IMG/VR virus record: IMGVR_UViG_3300044908_000045
Location: 58,239 to 122,238 of that record
Source: a virus
Length of the DNA: 64,000 nt
Strand: one strand, 5' to 3'
The position numbers were made by a program, and so were the translations under genes. Below the pieces are notes generated by a model. The model searched no databases. It was not told the origin of the DNA and was given only the letters and a program-made list of their open reading frames with translations. Positions 18,607-27,768 of this stretch are shown here, one piece after another (positions within the stretch are counted from its first letter, which is position 1; the number at the start of each line of letters is the position of its first letter).

Positions 18607-19037
18607 ATCGTATCACTATTCTGACCGCCGCCGCCGCAGCTTTTGCCGCCGCCTTGGCCATTGGTCGGGTTGACGCCCAAGCACCCCCGCCGCCTCCATC
18701 GGCACCGCAGACCTCGGTGGACATGCAGATCCAAGTGTTGCAGCAGCGGATCGCGCAGGACACCCAGACCCGCGACACGCTGCAAAAAAACCTCGATGCG
18801 ATTCGCTCCGGGGCATTGTCGACCGCGAATGTCACCAAGCAGCTCGATGCGGTCGGGGCATTGCTGGCGAACGACCAAGCTGAGTTGCGTAGGCTACAGG
18901 CGCCGCCCCAAGCGCCCGCAAGCTATCTGAGTGACAACGGGCGTCCCCTGTCGGTGGATGCGCCCCCACATGGCCCACAGAGCTTCCCTGCGCCTCCTGT
19001 GCGGCGCGTCCCTGGCTCACCTTTGCCGCAGCGGTGA
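18603..19037 (+). CDS. Secreted coiled-coil protein
   Basis: Sec signal peptide MNRITILTAAAAAFAAALAIGRVDA. Confidence 0.6.
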   Translation: MNRITILTAAAAAFAAALAIGRVDAQAPPPPPSAPQTSVDMQIQVLQQRIAQDTQTRDTLQKNLDAIRSGALSTANVTKQLDAVGALLANDQAELRRLQAPPQAPASYLSDNGRPLSVDAPPHGPQSFPAPPVRRVPGSPLPQR

Positions 19038-19500
19038 TTTGCGATGACCGGGTCAGAGAAGCGCGATATCGCGCGGGCCAAGTGATCTACCTCCCTGCCG
19101 CGCTGGTTGCGTTCACGCTGTTCTCGCGACCCTTCACGTTCCCGATCTACCAAGTGCTGCCGCCGCCACCCAACGGATGCGTATTTGGCAACCCGCCATT
19201 GCCATGCGAAATGTTCAACCTCGATGCTGGACCAGAACCATCTCTTCTGCAGGACAAACTGATTGGCGGCGAGCATCTGGAGGTGAGATGACAAATCAGC
19301 GGGTGCGGTTCAATGAGGGATCGCCGCGCGCTGTGCCGCGTGGAGTGCCGTTCCCGTTCCGTGGGCATCGCCCGCTGTCGCATTTCTCGTTCAATAACTG
19401 CCAGCGCTGCGGGGTGAGAATGAGCAAGGCCGAAATGGCCATCGGGGTGCTGTGCGCGCTTTGCTCAGGCCCACAGCACCCTGAGCCCGCTGCGTAGGGC

Positions 19501-21099
19501 TTAAGGCGCATCCGGGCTGTCGGCCGCTGGGCTGACGATCGTGAAACCAAGTGGCGTCGAGGCAGCGGTGTCGACCGTATCCGAGGGAGAGACCGTGATG
19601 TTCTCTATTGTGACCCCGCTGGTATCCGTCTCGACGACGTTCCCTGATACGGTGCCTTGGTTGTTCCCGAAATCATTCACTGCGCTGTAGACTGTCCCGC
19701 CCGAGGTTATCGTGACGTTCCCGGTAGCGGTGCCGTTGAGCAGGACCTGCGGCGTGTTGAGGATGCCGGAGGCTATGACGTTGGCGCCGTACTGCGGCAT
19801 CGCTACGGCGACTGAGGTGATGGTGCCCTGCACCTGCTGCTGCACGTATGACGCCGCCTCAGCGACATTCGGCGCTGCGTCAGCAATCTGACCGTAGATG
19901 ATCGATGCGGCGGCGTTCTCCGAAGCTGCTAAAGCAGCGCCGTTTATTTCTAACGAGGCCGCCTGTAGACTAAGCTGAGTCTGGACCGACGCGCCTGCTC
20001 TGACCGCTGCGTTCTGCGCCGCCGCGACGCTAGTTTGGACGCCAGCGATTACTGTCTTTATCTGCTGTAGGAGCGCGGCCTGATTCTGGACGGCGGCAGC
20101 TTCGTTCTGCTCAGCGAGGTTCTCCGCCAGCCGCACTTGGCTCAGCACCGAGGAGATCACCTGCGCCAGTATAGCGTTGGCGCTCGGCACGGTCGGCCGC
20201 ACGAATGCTTGTTTGTCGATCAGGGTCGCCGGGGTGATGCCAGGAGTCGGGCTGAAGTTGAGGAACACCTTGGCGAGGCTGGCCTGCAAGCCTCGGAGAT
20301 ACTGACTCGCGGTCGAGACGATGGGAGCGAAACCGCTGGCGGGCGATCTCGTCGGCTGGCCGAAGTACAGGGAGTATACGTCGGGCGCGCCTGAAGCTGT
20401 CTTGATGCCGGTATTGACCATCGGCCAGTTGAAGGCGACGCTTGGGATCTGATCGCTCAGCGGGTTGTTGTCGCGATCCGCCCAGAACCCGGTCGGCGGG
20501 ACATTGATTACGTAGTCGTCCACGTCGATATCGACCGCCTCGATCAGCCAACGTGGCGTCGAGGCTTGGGTCTGGCCGATTGTGACGTTGACCTGGTGCC
20601 AGTCGCCATCCACGGACGACAGCATATCGGGGATCAGGTAGTTGAAGAACGCGGCGTTGGGGTTCTCAGAATTGGCGGTTGCGAAGACCTGCAGGATCGG
20701 CGTCGGTGTCGTCGACAGCCTGGCGTTCGGCGGCAGCATTCGCACCGCGAAGCTCTCATTGCCCAGTAGCGAACCGGTGCCGAGGAGGGTCTGATAACCT
20801 GGATAGTTCGCGGCCATGATCAGCCCCTGCTTGATGAAGAGGCTCACGACGGCTCGCCCGGTCGATAGGGGAAGCGGGTTCAACGGCGGTGGAACTGCGG
20901 CCAGCGTCTTGGTATTGAGCACGACAGCAGTGCCTAGTTTAGTAGCGGTGCCTTGGAAAAACTCCACCGCCTGAATGGCATTCTCAGCAGCAAGCAACCG
21001 AGCGTGAGGCAGGGCAAATAAGGCTGCGGTCGCTCCAGCGCCCTTGAACAGTGCGCGGCGACTCAGGCGGCTCTGGTCGGGCAAGTTTGTCGGGGTCAT
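19501..21099 (-). CDS. Tat-exported protein of unknown function
   Basis: SRRALFKGAGATAALFAL twin-arginine signal; beta-rich domain followed by an Ala/Gln helical insert. Confidence 0.7.
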   Translation of the reverse strand: MTPTNLPDQSRLSRRALFKGAGATAALFALPHARLLAAENAIQAVEFFQGTATKLGTAVVLNTKTLAAVPPPLNPLPLSTGRAVVSLFIKQGLIMAANYPGYQTLLGTGSLLGNESFAVRMLPPNARLSTTPTPILQVFATANSENPNAAFFNYLIPDMLSSVDGDWHQVNVTIGQTQASTPRWLIEAVDIDVDDYVINVPPTGFWADRDNNPLSDQIPSVAFNWPMVNTGIKTASGAPDVYSLYFGQPTRSPASGFAPIVSTASQYLRGLQASLAKVFLNFSPTPGITPATLIDKQAFVRPTVPSANAILAQVISSVLSQVRLAENLAEQNEAAAVQNQAALLQQIKTVIAGVQTSVAAAQNAAVRAGASVQTQLSLQAASLEINGAALAASENAAASIIYGQIADAAPNVAEAASYVQQQVQGTITSVAVAMPQYGANVIASGILNTPQVLLNGTATGNVTITSGGTVYSAVNDFGNNQGTVSGNVVETDTSGVTIENITVSPSDTVDTAASTPLGFTIVSPAADSPDAP

Positions 21100-21137
21100 C
21101 GTCGTCTCCGGTGTGTGGGTTGATGATGTCGTTTCTT

Positions 21138-21416
21138 TTACCGACGCGCTTCCGGGTCGGGGGTTTCGTCGAGGAACAGGTTGAGGAAATCCCGAAGGCG
21201 CCGGGCTTGGTCGCGCGGGATCACGGTCGAAGGGAGCTGCATGAATCCGTCATGCGTTCTGAAGCGATTGTAATGCTTAAGTTCCGACTCGGGAATCGCG
21301 GTGCGGAAGAAGAGGCCAATTCCCGGATTTGTTTGCGGATCGGTGCCTGCCCGTGCGGGCGCACTAAATTCCAAATCCGTGAGGGGCAGATTCACGACGA
21401 TTGTGCGGGATTTCAT
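21138..21416 (-). CDS. Phage hypothetical protein
   Basis: GGAGG RBS; ATGA overlap. Confidence 0.5.
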   Translation of the reverse strand: MKSRTIVVNLPLTDLEFSAPARAGTDPQTNPGIGLFFRTAIPESELKHYNRFRTHDGFMQLPSTVIPRDQARRLRDFLNLFLDETPDPEARR

Positions 21417-21889
21417 GCCTCGCCTCCCAGCAGATTGGCGAACCGAGAGGTCATTGACACGCCTTCCGGGTCTAGCATCAGATCGGTGCAGTTGCCCCTG
21501 GGGTCACGGTGGGTTGCCCAACTGCGCCATACTGTATGGATGCCGTCAGTGGCGAACGCCATCACGCATTCTTGACGATCGGGACGCTGTGAAGGCATGA
21601 CCCCGATCGGCTGGCCATGATCCCATCCGGGCGGCTGAACCGCTCGCCATCCCTCGCTCAGAAACGAATAGCGGGTGACGTGGTGCTCGCGGATCAGCTC
21701 GCGCACGGCTGCGGTAGCGCGATCCTTGTCGTCGTTATTGACAAATGGCGTACCGACGATGATTCGATCGCCGTTGCCCGCGACCAGCAGAAAAACCGGC
21801 ATCAATTCCTCTTCGGTGCCGATCATGACGCGGCGGGCGTGATCACCCGCCGCATCGACGAGTGTGGTTAGCGCGTCGGCGTCTGGCAT
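21413..21889 (-). CDS. Phage hypothetical protein
   Basis: GAGG RBS before MPDADAL; YSFLSEGW...RPDRQE motif. Confidence 0.6.
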   Translation of the reverse strand: MPDADALTTLVDAAGDHARRVMIGTEEELMPVFLLVAGNGDRIIVGTPFVNNDDKDRATAAVRELIREHHVTRYSFLSEGWRAVQPPGWDHGQPIGVMPSQRPDRQECVMAFATDGIHTVWRSWATHRDPRGNCTDLMLDPEGVSMTSRFANLLGGEA

Positions 21890-22631
21890 TTGACGTGCCT
21901 CTAGTAAGAGCCCTTTTCGCAGCGAAAAGGGCGATTGCGAACAACAGCAGTCCAAACGATTGCGGTTCCGGTGTGGACGACCCGTTTGTCGGAGGCGGGG
22001 GGGTTTCCGAGGGAGGGATGGGAGTGAAAATTTCGCTCGGCGTTTCCTGGAATGGCGGCACGATCGCGGCGCTTGTCGATGTCCCTCCGGTACTGCCAGA
22101 TGGCACCTCATAGGCCGCAGGGAGGGCACCTGGCGAGCCAAAGCCTCCGCCGAGACCGCCGTAGCCTCCGCTGCCCCATCCGTAGCCGTAGCCCTCCGTA
22201 TCGCCCTCACCGCCCCACTCAGGAAGCGCCCAACCCTCACCTATCGGGGGCGTTCCCCAAATCGGGAAGGGCGGGACGCGTTCATAAGACCAATTCCCGC
22301 AAACTTTGGGCAGGATCAGCGCATTGCCTCTGCCGTCGGTGCATTCGAGAATGAGCCGCGACGCGTTGGCAGGCCAATCATCAACGTCAACGAATACGCC
22401 ATAGGCCACCTGACCGTGACCGAACACCATCGCGTCAACGATCTCGCCTTGCTGCCACGCGCGGAATCGGCAGAATCCGCGCGTCTCGATTGCCGCCAGC
22501 GCTGGGCGCGTCAGGAAAAACGCTGCGGCCGGATAGAGCAAATCGAGCGCGTGGTCTGTCGTTCCCCGATACGAATCGCCACCAGGATGTTGGTAGATCA
22601 TAGCTGGCGGTGATGCAGCTGCCATAATCAT
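21843..22631 (-). CDS. PEP-CTERM sorting domain protein
   Basis: Gly/Pro/Thr-rich linker, then TPEPQSFGLLLFAIALFAAKR (PEP + TM helix + basic residues). Confidence 0.7.
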   Translation of the reverse strand: MIMAAASPPAMIYQHPGGDSYRGTTDHALDLLYPAAAFFLTRPALAAIETRGFCRFRAWQQGEIVDAMVFGHGQVAYGVFVDVDDWPANASRLILECTDGRGNALILPKVCGNWSYERVPPFPIWGTPPIGEGWALPEWGGEGDTEGYGYGWGSGGYGGLGGGFGSPGALPAAYEVPSGSTGGTSTSAAIVPPFQETPSEIFTPIPPSETPPPPTNGSSTPEPQSFGLLLFAIALFAAKRALTRGTSNARRRRANHTRRCGG

Positions 22632-22660
22632 GGCCGCCCCCTTCCGCGCGTTGCGCGATC

Positions 22661-23017
22661 TTAGCGGTAGTGCGCAGTATCGGTGCCGTCAGGATCGGTT
22701 GTGATTCGAATGTAGGAGGTCTGGCAGAGATCGAAGCCGTCGGTAAAAGCGTCCACTACCCCGTCATTGAATTCGAGCCGAAGCTGCTGGTGGCATGGGA
22801 ATCCGGGGTGATTGAAGGTAACATGCGTAGTCTCGCCGGGATCAATCACCTCTCCTTGGACGGGGTACCAGCGGTTATCAGACGGCGTGGAAACCGCCAC
22901 CCCGACAATTGTGTGACCGGTTTCGTTGACCAAATCGAAATCGCCAGTGGTGCCCGCATGAGCAGAGACCGCATAAAGCAGAATTGCGGCGGCGAGTGGT
23001 AGATAGCGAGTAGTCAT
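22661..23017 (-). CDS. Small secreted beta-sandwich protein
   Basis: Signal peptide ending AHA; FDLVNETGHTI...W...C...DLC. Confidence 0.65.
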   Translation of the reverse strand: MTTRYLPLAAAILLYAVSAHAGTTGDFDLVNETGHTIVGVAVSTPSDNRWYPVQGEVIDPGETTHVTFNHPGFPCHQQLRLEFNDGVVDAFTDGFDLCQTSYIRITTDPDGTDTAHYR

Positions 23018-23300
23018 TGTGGTCGTCTCCCTTTGTTTTGGGGTAGGAACTAGAGTCGGTTGGTGTTGTCTTTTATTCCCTGAATTTCCAGGAGTGTTTT
23101 CCGCAGGCGTTGCAGGTCGAGCCGTTCCTATAGGTCGGGGTCCAGGCTCCTTTGTGGCGGCAGAAAATCTGGCGGATTTTCACCTGGCCCCGATCACTGA
23201 CGGCAAATTTGATGCCGCGAACAATCAGCACGGTAGACCCGACGAAGGCACAGACGGCAAGCACGTCAATCGCAGCATCAAACATGGGTGATCTCCCTTT

Positions 23301-23816
23301 CTAGCAGCGTCCGAAATCGGGTGATCCCGGTACGTTGCAATTCCGCCACTGCTGTTGCTGCTGGAATTGTTGCTGCATTTGATAGGCATTCTGGTCGGCT
23401 TGGTCGTGGAGATACGCGGTAACGCCGGGGTTCGGGTCGTAGGGGTTGTCATATTGTGATGCTGGCGGACGCGGATCGTTGTAATATTGCGCCTGTGCCG
23501 CGCCGATCACCGCAACGGCGAGCAATCCAGCAGCAATTAGCATTTTCGTCTTCTCGAAGAGGTGGAAAACGAGGCTCCCGCCGTGAAGTTGGCAGGTTCC
23601 AACGTGCTTTAGCGAATCAACGTGATCGGGGATAGGATGCCCGGTGCCGGCGAATACAAATCGGCGCGTTTCGGTGGACGCGGCATCAGGATCAACCAAC
23701 GCCCAAAGCGTGGGAACATCGTGTTGCGCTTGAAACGCCAGCAGTTTTGCGCCGACAGGCATTTCGATTTCGGGGTTGGATTGCGGCTCGATCGGAAATT
23801 TGTGAACCGTTGGCAT
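23301..23816 (-). CDS. DUF7352-like domain fused to a secreted Gln-rich peptide
   Basis: MPVGAKLL..Q...LWALVD...GTGHP...GTCQ...VFHLFE, then an internal signal-peptide-like segment. Confidence 0.55.
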   Translation of the reverse strand: MPTVHKFPIEPQSNPEIEMPVGAKLLAFQAQHDVPTLWALVDPDAASTETRRFVFAGTGHPIPDHVDSLKHVGTCQLHGGSLVFHLFEKTKMLIAAGLLAVAVIGAAQAQYYNDPRPPASQYDNPYDPNPGVTAYLHDQADQNAYQMQQQFQQQQQWRNCNVPGSPDFGRC

Positions 23817-23884
23817 TGTGATCTCCTGGGGTGCACAGCGCACCGTGACGCGCCGGGGTCCAGCCGGCGCGCGGCGGTAAGCTG

Positions 23885-24277
23885 TCAGCGGCGCGCCGCT
23901 CTGGATCGAACTAGGCCAGCAATCATCTTCTCGGCCGCCTCGCCAGGTTCTTTGATTTCGCGCAGACCGTGGGCGCGAGCTGCCGCTCCTGAGCGGAATA
24001 CAGGGACATCCGTTTTGTAGTCGTAGATCGCGGGATTGATATCCGGGTTATGGAACCGCAGGGCCAGCAATTCTTGGGGGCCGTGACACGCAAGCCAACC
24101 CGCGCAGAGGTTGCCATCGCGTTGATGGCACATGAACAATTTTGGCGATTGACTCCAAGTGGGGCCATCGTAGCTGGGTAACTTGTCATACTCGTCACGG
24201 CTCCAGATCCCCGAAGGAACATCGCGCCTATAGGGACAGGAGCCGCACGGAACGCGAGCGGCGGTGATTGCGGTCAT
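23885..24277 (-). CDS. DUF6283-like Cys/His protein
   Basis: PCGSCPYRRDVPSGIW..EY.KL..YD...FMCH...CAGW. Confidence 0.75.
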   Translation of the reverse strand: MTAITAARVPCGSCPYRRDVPSGIWSRDEYDKLPSYDGPTWSQSPKLFMCHQRDGNLCAGWLACHGPQELLALRFHNPDINPAIYDYKTDVPVFRSGAAARAHGLREIKEPGEAAEKMIAGLVRSRAARR

Positions 24278-24462
24278 GGCTATTCCTCCGCAAGTTTCTC
24301 GCCGGTTTTGGCGTCGTGTATGGTGGCGTTGTCCACAACTGCCGTGGGCATGTCGAGCAACTCATCGACCGAGCGGTTCTCCGCCCACTCTAGCGCCTCA
24401 AAGAGAGTGTTCGCCTTGACTTGGCAGCGGACGAGCACGCGAATTTCGTAAGTCATTGCTGG

Positions 24463-24657
24463 TCACTCCTTTTCGTAATCGTCACACCAATGCCCCATTC
24501 GCTCGGTGCGCCGAACATTCACGGCCTTGGTTGCGGTCGAACTGCTGGTTTCGGGATCGCGGCACCAGGCCTGCGCTTCGTCTAGGGTCAGACCCGTGGC
24601 GAGCGTGCGGGCATCGTAATGTAAATAGGTGCGGACGATTTTGTAGGTCTCGGCCAT
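24463..24657 (-). CDS. Phage hypothetical protein
   Basis: GAGGGAG RBS; TGLTLDEAQAWCRDPETSS. Confidence 0.55.
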   Translation of the reverse strand: MAETYKIVRTYLHYDARTLATGLTLDEAQAWCRDPETSSSTATKAVNVRRTERMGHWCDDYEKE

Positions 24658-24669
24658 TATCGCGCTCCC

Positions 24670-25083
24670 TCACTTGTAAACGGCGATGCCGCGGGAATAG
24701 TAAGAGTCGGCCCTTTCGCCATCGGGCACGTCGCCGGGGCGCAGGATATAGAGAGACGCGCCGCGCGGATCGCCTTGCACGTAATGGCCGAGCGTCGGGT
24801 AGCGAGTCATGATCGCGGTCAGCCGCTTTAGCGCGCCGTTCTCGCGATCGGCGACGGGATAGCGCCGAGGCTTGCCCTGACCGCCGTAGTAAACCCAGAA
24901 TGGCGCGCCGTCGCCATTCTCACCAGCGCGCTCGATGCAGCCATTATCCGTGCCGCACTCCAATTCGTGCCAGCGATGCAGGGTCATTGAGATACGCCGC
25001 AGCGCCTTTGCGTCTTCGTACTCGATGCCGGCTTGGATCAGGCTGCCGATGCAGTCGTGGTTACGGTTCGGGTGGTTTGCCAT
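24670..25083 (-). CDS. Phage hypothetical protein (MANHPNR start, QGDPRG motif)
   Basis: GAGGGA RBS; first gene after the promoter at 25142-25170. Confidence 0.65.
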   Translation of the reverse strand: MANHPNRNHDCIGSLIQAGIEYEDAKALRRISMTLHRWHELECGTDNGCIERAGENGDGAPFWVYYGGQGKPRRYPVADRENGALKRLTAIMTRYPTLGHYVQGDPRGASLYILRPGDVPDGERADSYYSRGIAVYK

Positions 25084-25129
25084 TTCGTCCCTCAAGCCCC
25101 TGAAACCGCCGAGGCGCGCGGTCTGTCTC

Positions 25130-25243
25130 GTTAACAACGCCAACATAAGCCCGCAGCGATAGGGCGTCAAGGATTATTTTCGGCTCATTCGCGCTTTTTC
25201 GCTTGCCGCACGCCCCGCGCTGCATTATGTTAGGAATGTCAAC
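25130..25243. promoter_or_regulatory. Divergent sigma70-like promoter pair, each overlapped by a GTTRR-N5-YYAAC operator
   Basis: Minus strand TTGACG-N17-TATGTT with GTTAACAACGCCAAC (25130-25144); plus strand TTGCCG-N17-TATGTT with GTTAGGAATGTCAAC (25229-25243). Confidence 0.65.
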
Positions 25244-25531
25244 CCGATGAGGGAGAAGATGATGGCCCCGAGCTATCGCAGCGCTATTGTTGTCGGCACA
25301 AAATCCGAGGTCGAATTCGAGATATCCCGAATTCGGAGATTGTCTAAAGCTTGCGGCTGGAAGGCTGACAAGTGCAGACCGCTATATGCGCGGCTGCGGT
25401 GGCTTCGCTGGGAAGCCGAGGCAGACAATATTTGGTTTGGTGGAAGAATATGACCAAAGAGCAGTTGCGCGCTTGGCGCGATCATCGCGCCTCATGTTAA
25501 TAATGTCAACCAGATGAGGACTTAGACGACG

Positions 25532-25732
25532 ATGACCACCACCCAGGAATTGCTCGCGGCAGTCCTCATCCAAGTGAATGAGCTTATCGCCTGGGCGACT
25601 GCTGACTATGAGCACTCGCAAGAAGCCGATGCGCCCGAGCAAGCAGAAAGTGACTTAGTGCGCGTTAATGAGTTGTTGCGGGCGCGCGATGCTCTTGTGG
25701 CCGCGGCCCATCAGGAGAGGCAACAACTTTGA
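25532..25732 (+). CDS. Small helical hypothetical protein
   Basis: GAGGA RBS; operator-like site at 25496-25510 upstream. Confidence 0.5.
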   Translation: MTTTQELLAAVLIQVNELIAWATADYEHSQEADAPEQAESDLVRVNELLRARDALVAAAHQERQQL

Positions 25733-25947
25733 CCAAGGAACAACTGCGCGCTTGGCGCGATCGGCATTTCGGGTTGCACGGCAATCGGGATGCCGCCCAC
25801 AAGCTTGGCTTGTCGATAGATCAGTTTCAAAAGCGGCTTTATGGCTCGGTCAAGATTGACCGCACGCTAGAGTTGCTGTGCGCCGCGCTCCAGCGGGAAT
25901 GGCTTAGGGAAGGCGCGTTCGACCATACGGCGCTGCAAGGAGAATGA
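25729..25947 (+). CDS. Small HTH protein
   Basis: MTKEQLRAWR...AAHKLGLS...G..KIDRTLELLC. Confidence 0.65.
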   Translation: MTKEQLRAWRDRHFGLHGNRDAAHKLGLSIDQFQKRLYGSVKIDRTLELLCAALQREWLREGAFDHTALQGE

Positions 25948-26501
25948 CGATGTTCGATGCCGCTGATTGTCAAGATGCTACGCCCCATAGCGTTTAGTCC
26001 CTGGCTCTATCCGCTATGGGGATACCCATACCTTTGGCTCAACTGGCGCCTTGGCGCGCGTGGCCATGTCTGGCATCGCCTTGTGGCGCGCCAACGGTGG
26101 GCCGAATTGGTCGCCGAGGATGAGCGCAGACGCCAGCGAAAGGCATTTGATCGCGCCAACAGAATCGGCTAACATGCGCCATGTGCGGCCCGGCTGATTC
26201 CGCTTCGTCCCCTCCTCTGCGGTTGAGTCACCCTCCCGCAGAGGGCGGCATTGACCGGGCCGCACAAAGCCTGCGCCGTGCGTTTGGCGGCTGGCCTGAG
26301 ATCCCTTTGCCGCTTCCTGAGCTTGGCGTGCTACTGGGCCGCTCGCCGGGGTTTGTCGGCACTCGCGACAATCAGATTCACGTGTATTTGCGCGTCAAGC
26401 AGCGCGACCTCGGTGGCGTGCTGCCCTATGAATGGCACGGGTTCCCAGTCGAATACCACTATGGTATCGGGATCGCGCTTGTCGGGGAAGGATGATAACC
26501 C

Positions 26502-26732
26502 ATGGCTCGCCGAAATGGGTGCGACGGCAAGAGACGGCACGCTACGTTATTGACCGCGCAGATTGCTTGTCGCCGCAGCAAAAATTGTAGTTTGCACCCT
26601 TATCGCTGCGACAAATGCGGAGGATTCCATGTGGGCCATAGCAACAATGCGTTTCTACGGGCTAAGCGGATAGACCAGTTAATTACCCGCTCCGAGCGGA
26701 GCCGCGTTGCCACTAATGAGGGAGAGAGATAA
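26502..26732 (+). CDS. Small zinc-finger phage protein
   Basis: CDGKRRH...YRCDKCGGFHVGH. Confidence 0.6.
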   Translation: MARRNGCDGKRRHATLLTAQIACRRSKNCSLHPYRCDKCGGFHVGHSNNAFLRAKRIDQLITRSERSRVATNEGER

Positions 26733-27002
26733 ATGATGAATTTCAGCGATGCGTTAGCAGCACTGAAACGTGGCGAAAGGGTCCGCCGCAAGGGCTGGAA
26801 CAAAGGAATGTATTTGTTCCTAGTTGACGGGTCGGAGTTTCAGGTTAACCGAGCGCCGCTTAACAAGATTTATCCAGAAGGAACATGGGTAACTTACCAT
26901 GCTCATATAGATATGTTTACGGCACAAGGGTATGTTGTGCCGTGGTTAGCGTCACAAGCCGATTTGCTTGATGAAGACTGGGAAATCCGCGATGAGATAT
27001 GA
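26733..27002 (+). CDS. DUF2829 / Tad2-like anti-defence (cyclic nucleotide sponge) protein
   Basis: MNFSDALAALKRGERVRRKGWN...PWLASQADLLDEDW is the DUF2829 signature. Confidence 0.85.
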   Translation: MMNFSDALAALKRGERVRRKGWNKGMYLFLVDGSEFQVNRAPLNKIYPEGTWVTYHAHIDMFTAQGYVVPWLASQADLLDEDWEIRDEI

Positions 27003-27311
27003 AGTGGAAGCCGAGGTGACCCGCCTTGGTATCCTTGCGGGGTTAACCGCATTGATCGTTGGCGTAGCTTGGCTGACGCTCAAAAGGCGCAAGCCCAAGG
27101 GAAAATTCGAGGATGAATGACGACGCCTTTTCGGTCGAAAGCCGCGAACTGGCGGCGAATTTTGCCGATCAGCTCGACGGCAAACCGAGGCTAGTGGCAC
27201 TAACCGCAGTCTGCGCCTTGTTTGGCGCGATTGCATCGCAGATGGACGTGAACCGGGCGGCTTGCCACGCGATGTTGGATAGTGTTTTTGACGATTTGGG
27301 AAAGTGAGTCA

Positions 27312-27584
27312 ATGCCGCAGACTGATAGCTTGAGCTTGCATAGGGTCTGGCATATGACGGGCTTTTTGCAAGCCAGCGTGCAAGCCGAGATAGTGGAGCA
27401 CCCAGCAATTCGGGAAAACCCGGAATTGGAAAACCTCGCAACTCGCGCGGGATTTGCGCTTGGGATGCTTTATCTGGCAATCGGCAAGATGCACTCCGGC
27501 TTGGCAAAGCCGCCTAGCGATCCGGAGTCAGCCTGGACAAATCTGCACCCTCTCTCTCAAGGAGCAAACGATGCCGCAGACTGA
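27312..27584 (+). CDS. Hypothetical protein, MPQTD paralog 1
   Basis: Same first 14 nt as 27571; similar HM..FLQ..V.AE..EH.AI core. Confidence 0.55.
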   Translation: MPQTDSLSLHRVWHMTGFLQASVQAEIVEHPAIRENPELENLATRAGFALGMLYLAIGKMHSGLAKPPSDPESAWTNLHPLSQGANDAAD

Positions 27585-27768
27585 CGATTACGGAGTCCAC
27601 GAGATCCTGCATATGGCCGCATTCCTACAGCGTGCCGTCGAAGCCGAGCTGTGCGAGCATGAGGCAATCAACCTGGATCCTCGATGGCGCAAGCTAGCTG
27701 ACCAAGCGGCTGATATTTTGGCCGATCTCTGTCAAGCGATCGGCCGCTACCACGTAAGCTCGGAATGA
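27571..27768 (+). CDS. Hypothetical protein, MPQTD paralog 2
   Basis: AAGGAG RBS; paralog of the upstream gene. Confidence 0.6.
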   Translation: MPQTDDYGVHEILHMAAFLQRAVEAELCEHEAINLDPRWRKLADQAADILADLCQAIGRYHVSSE

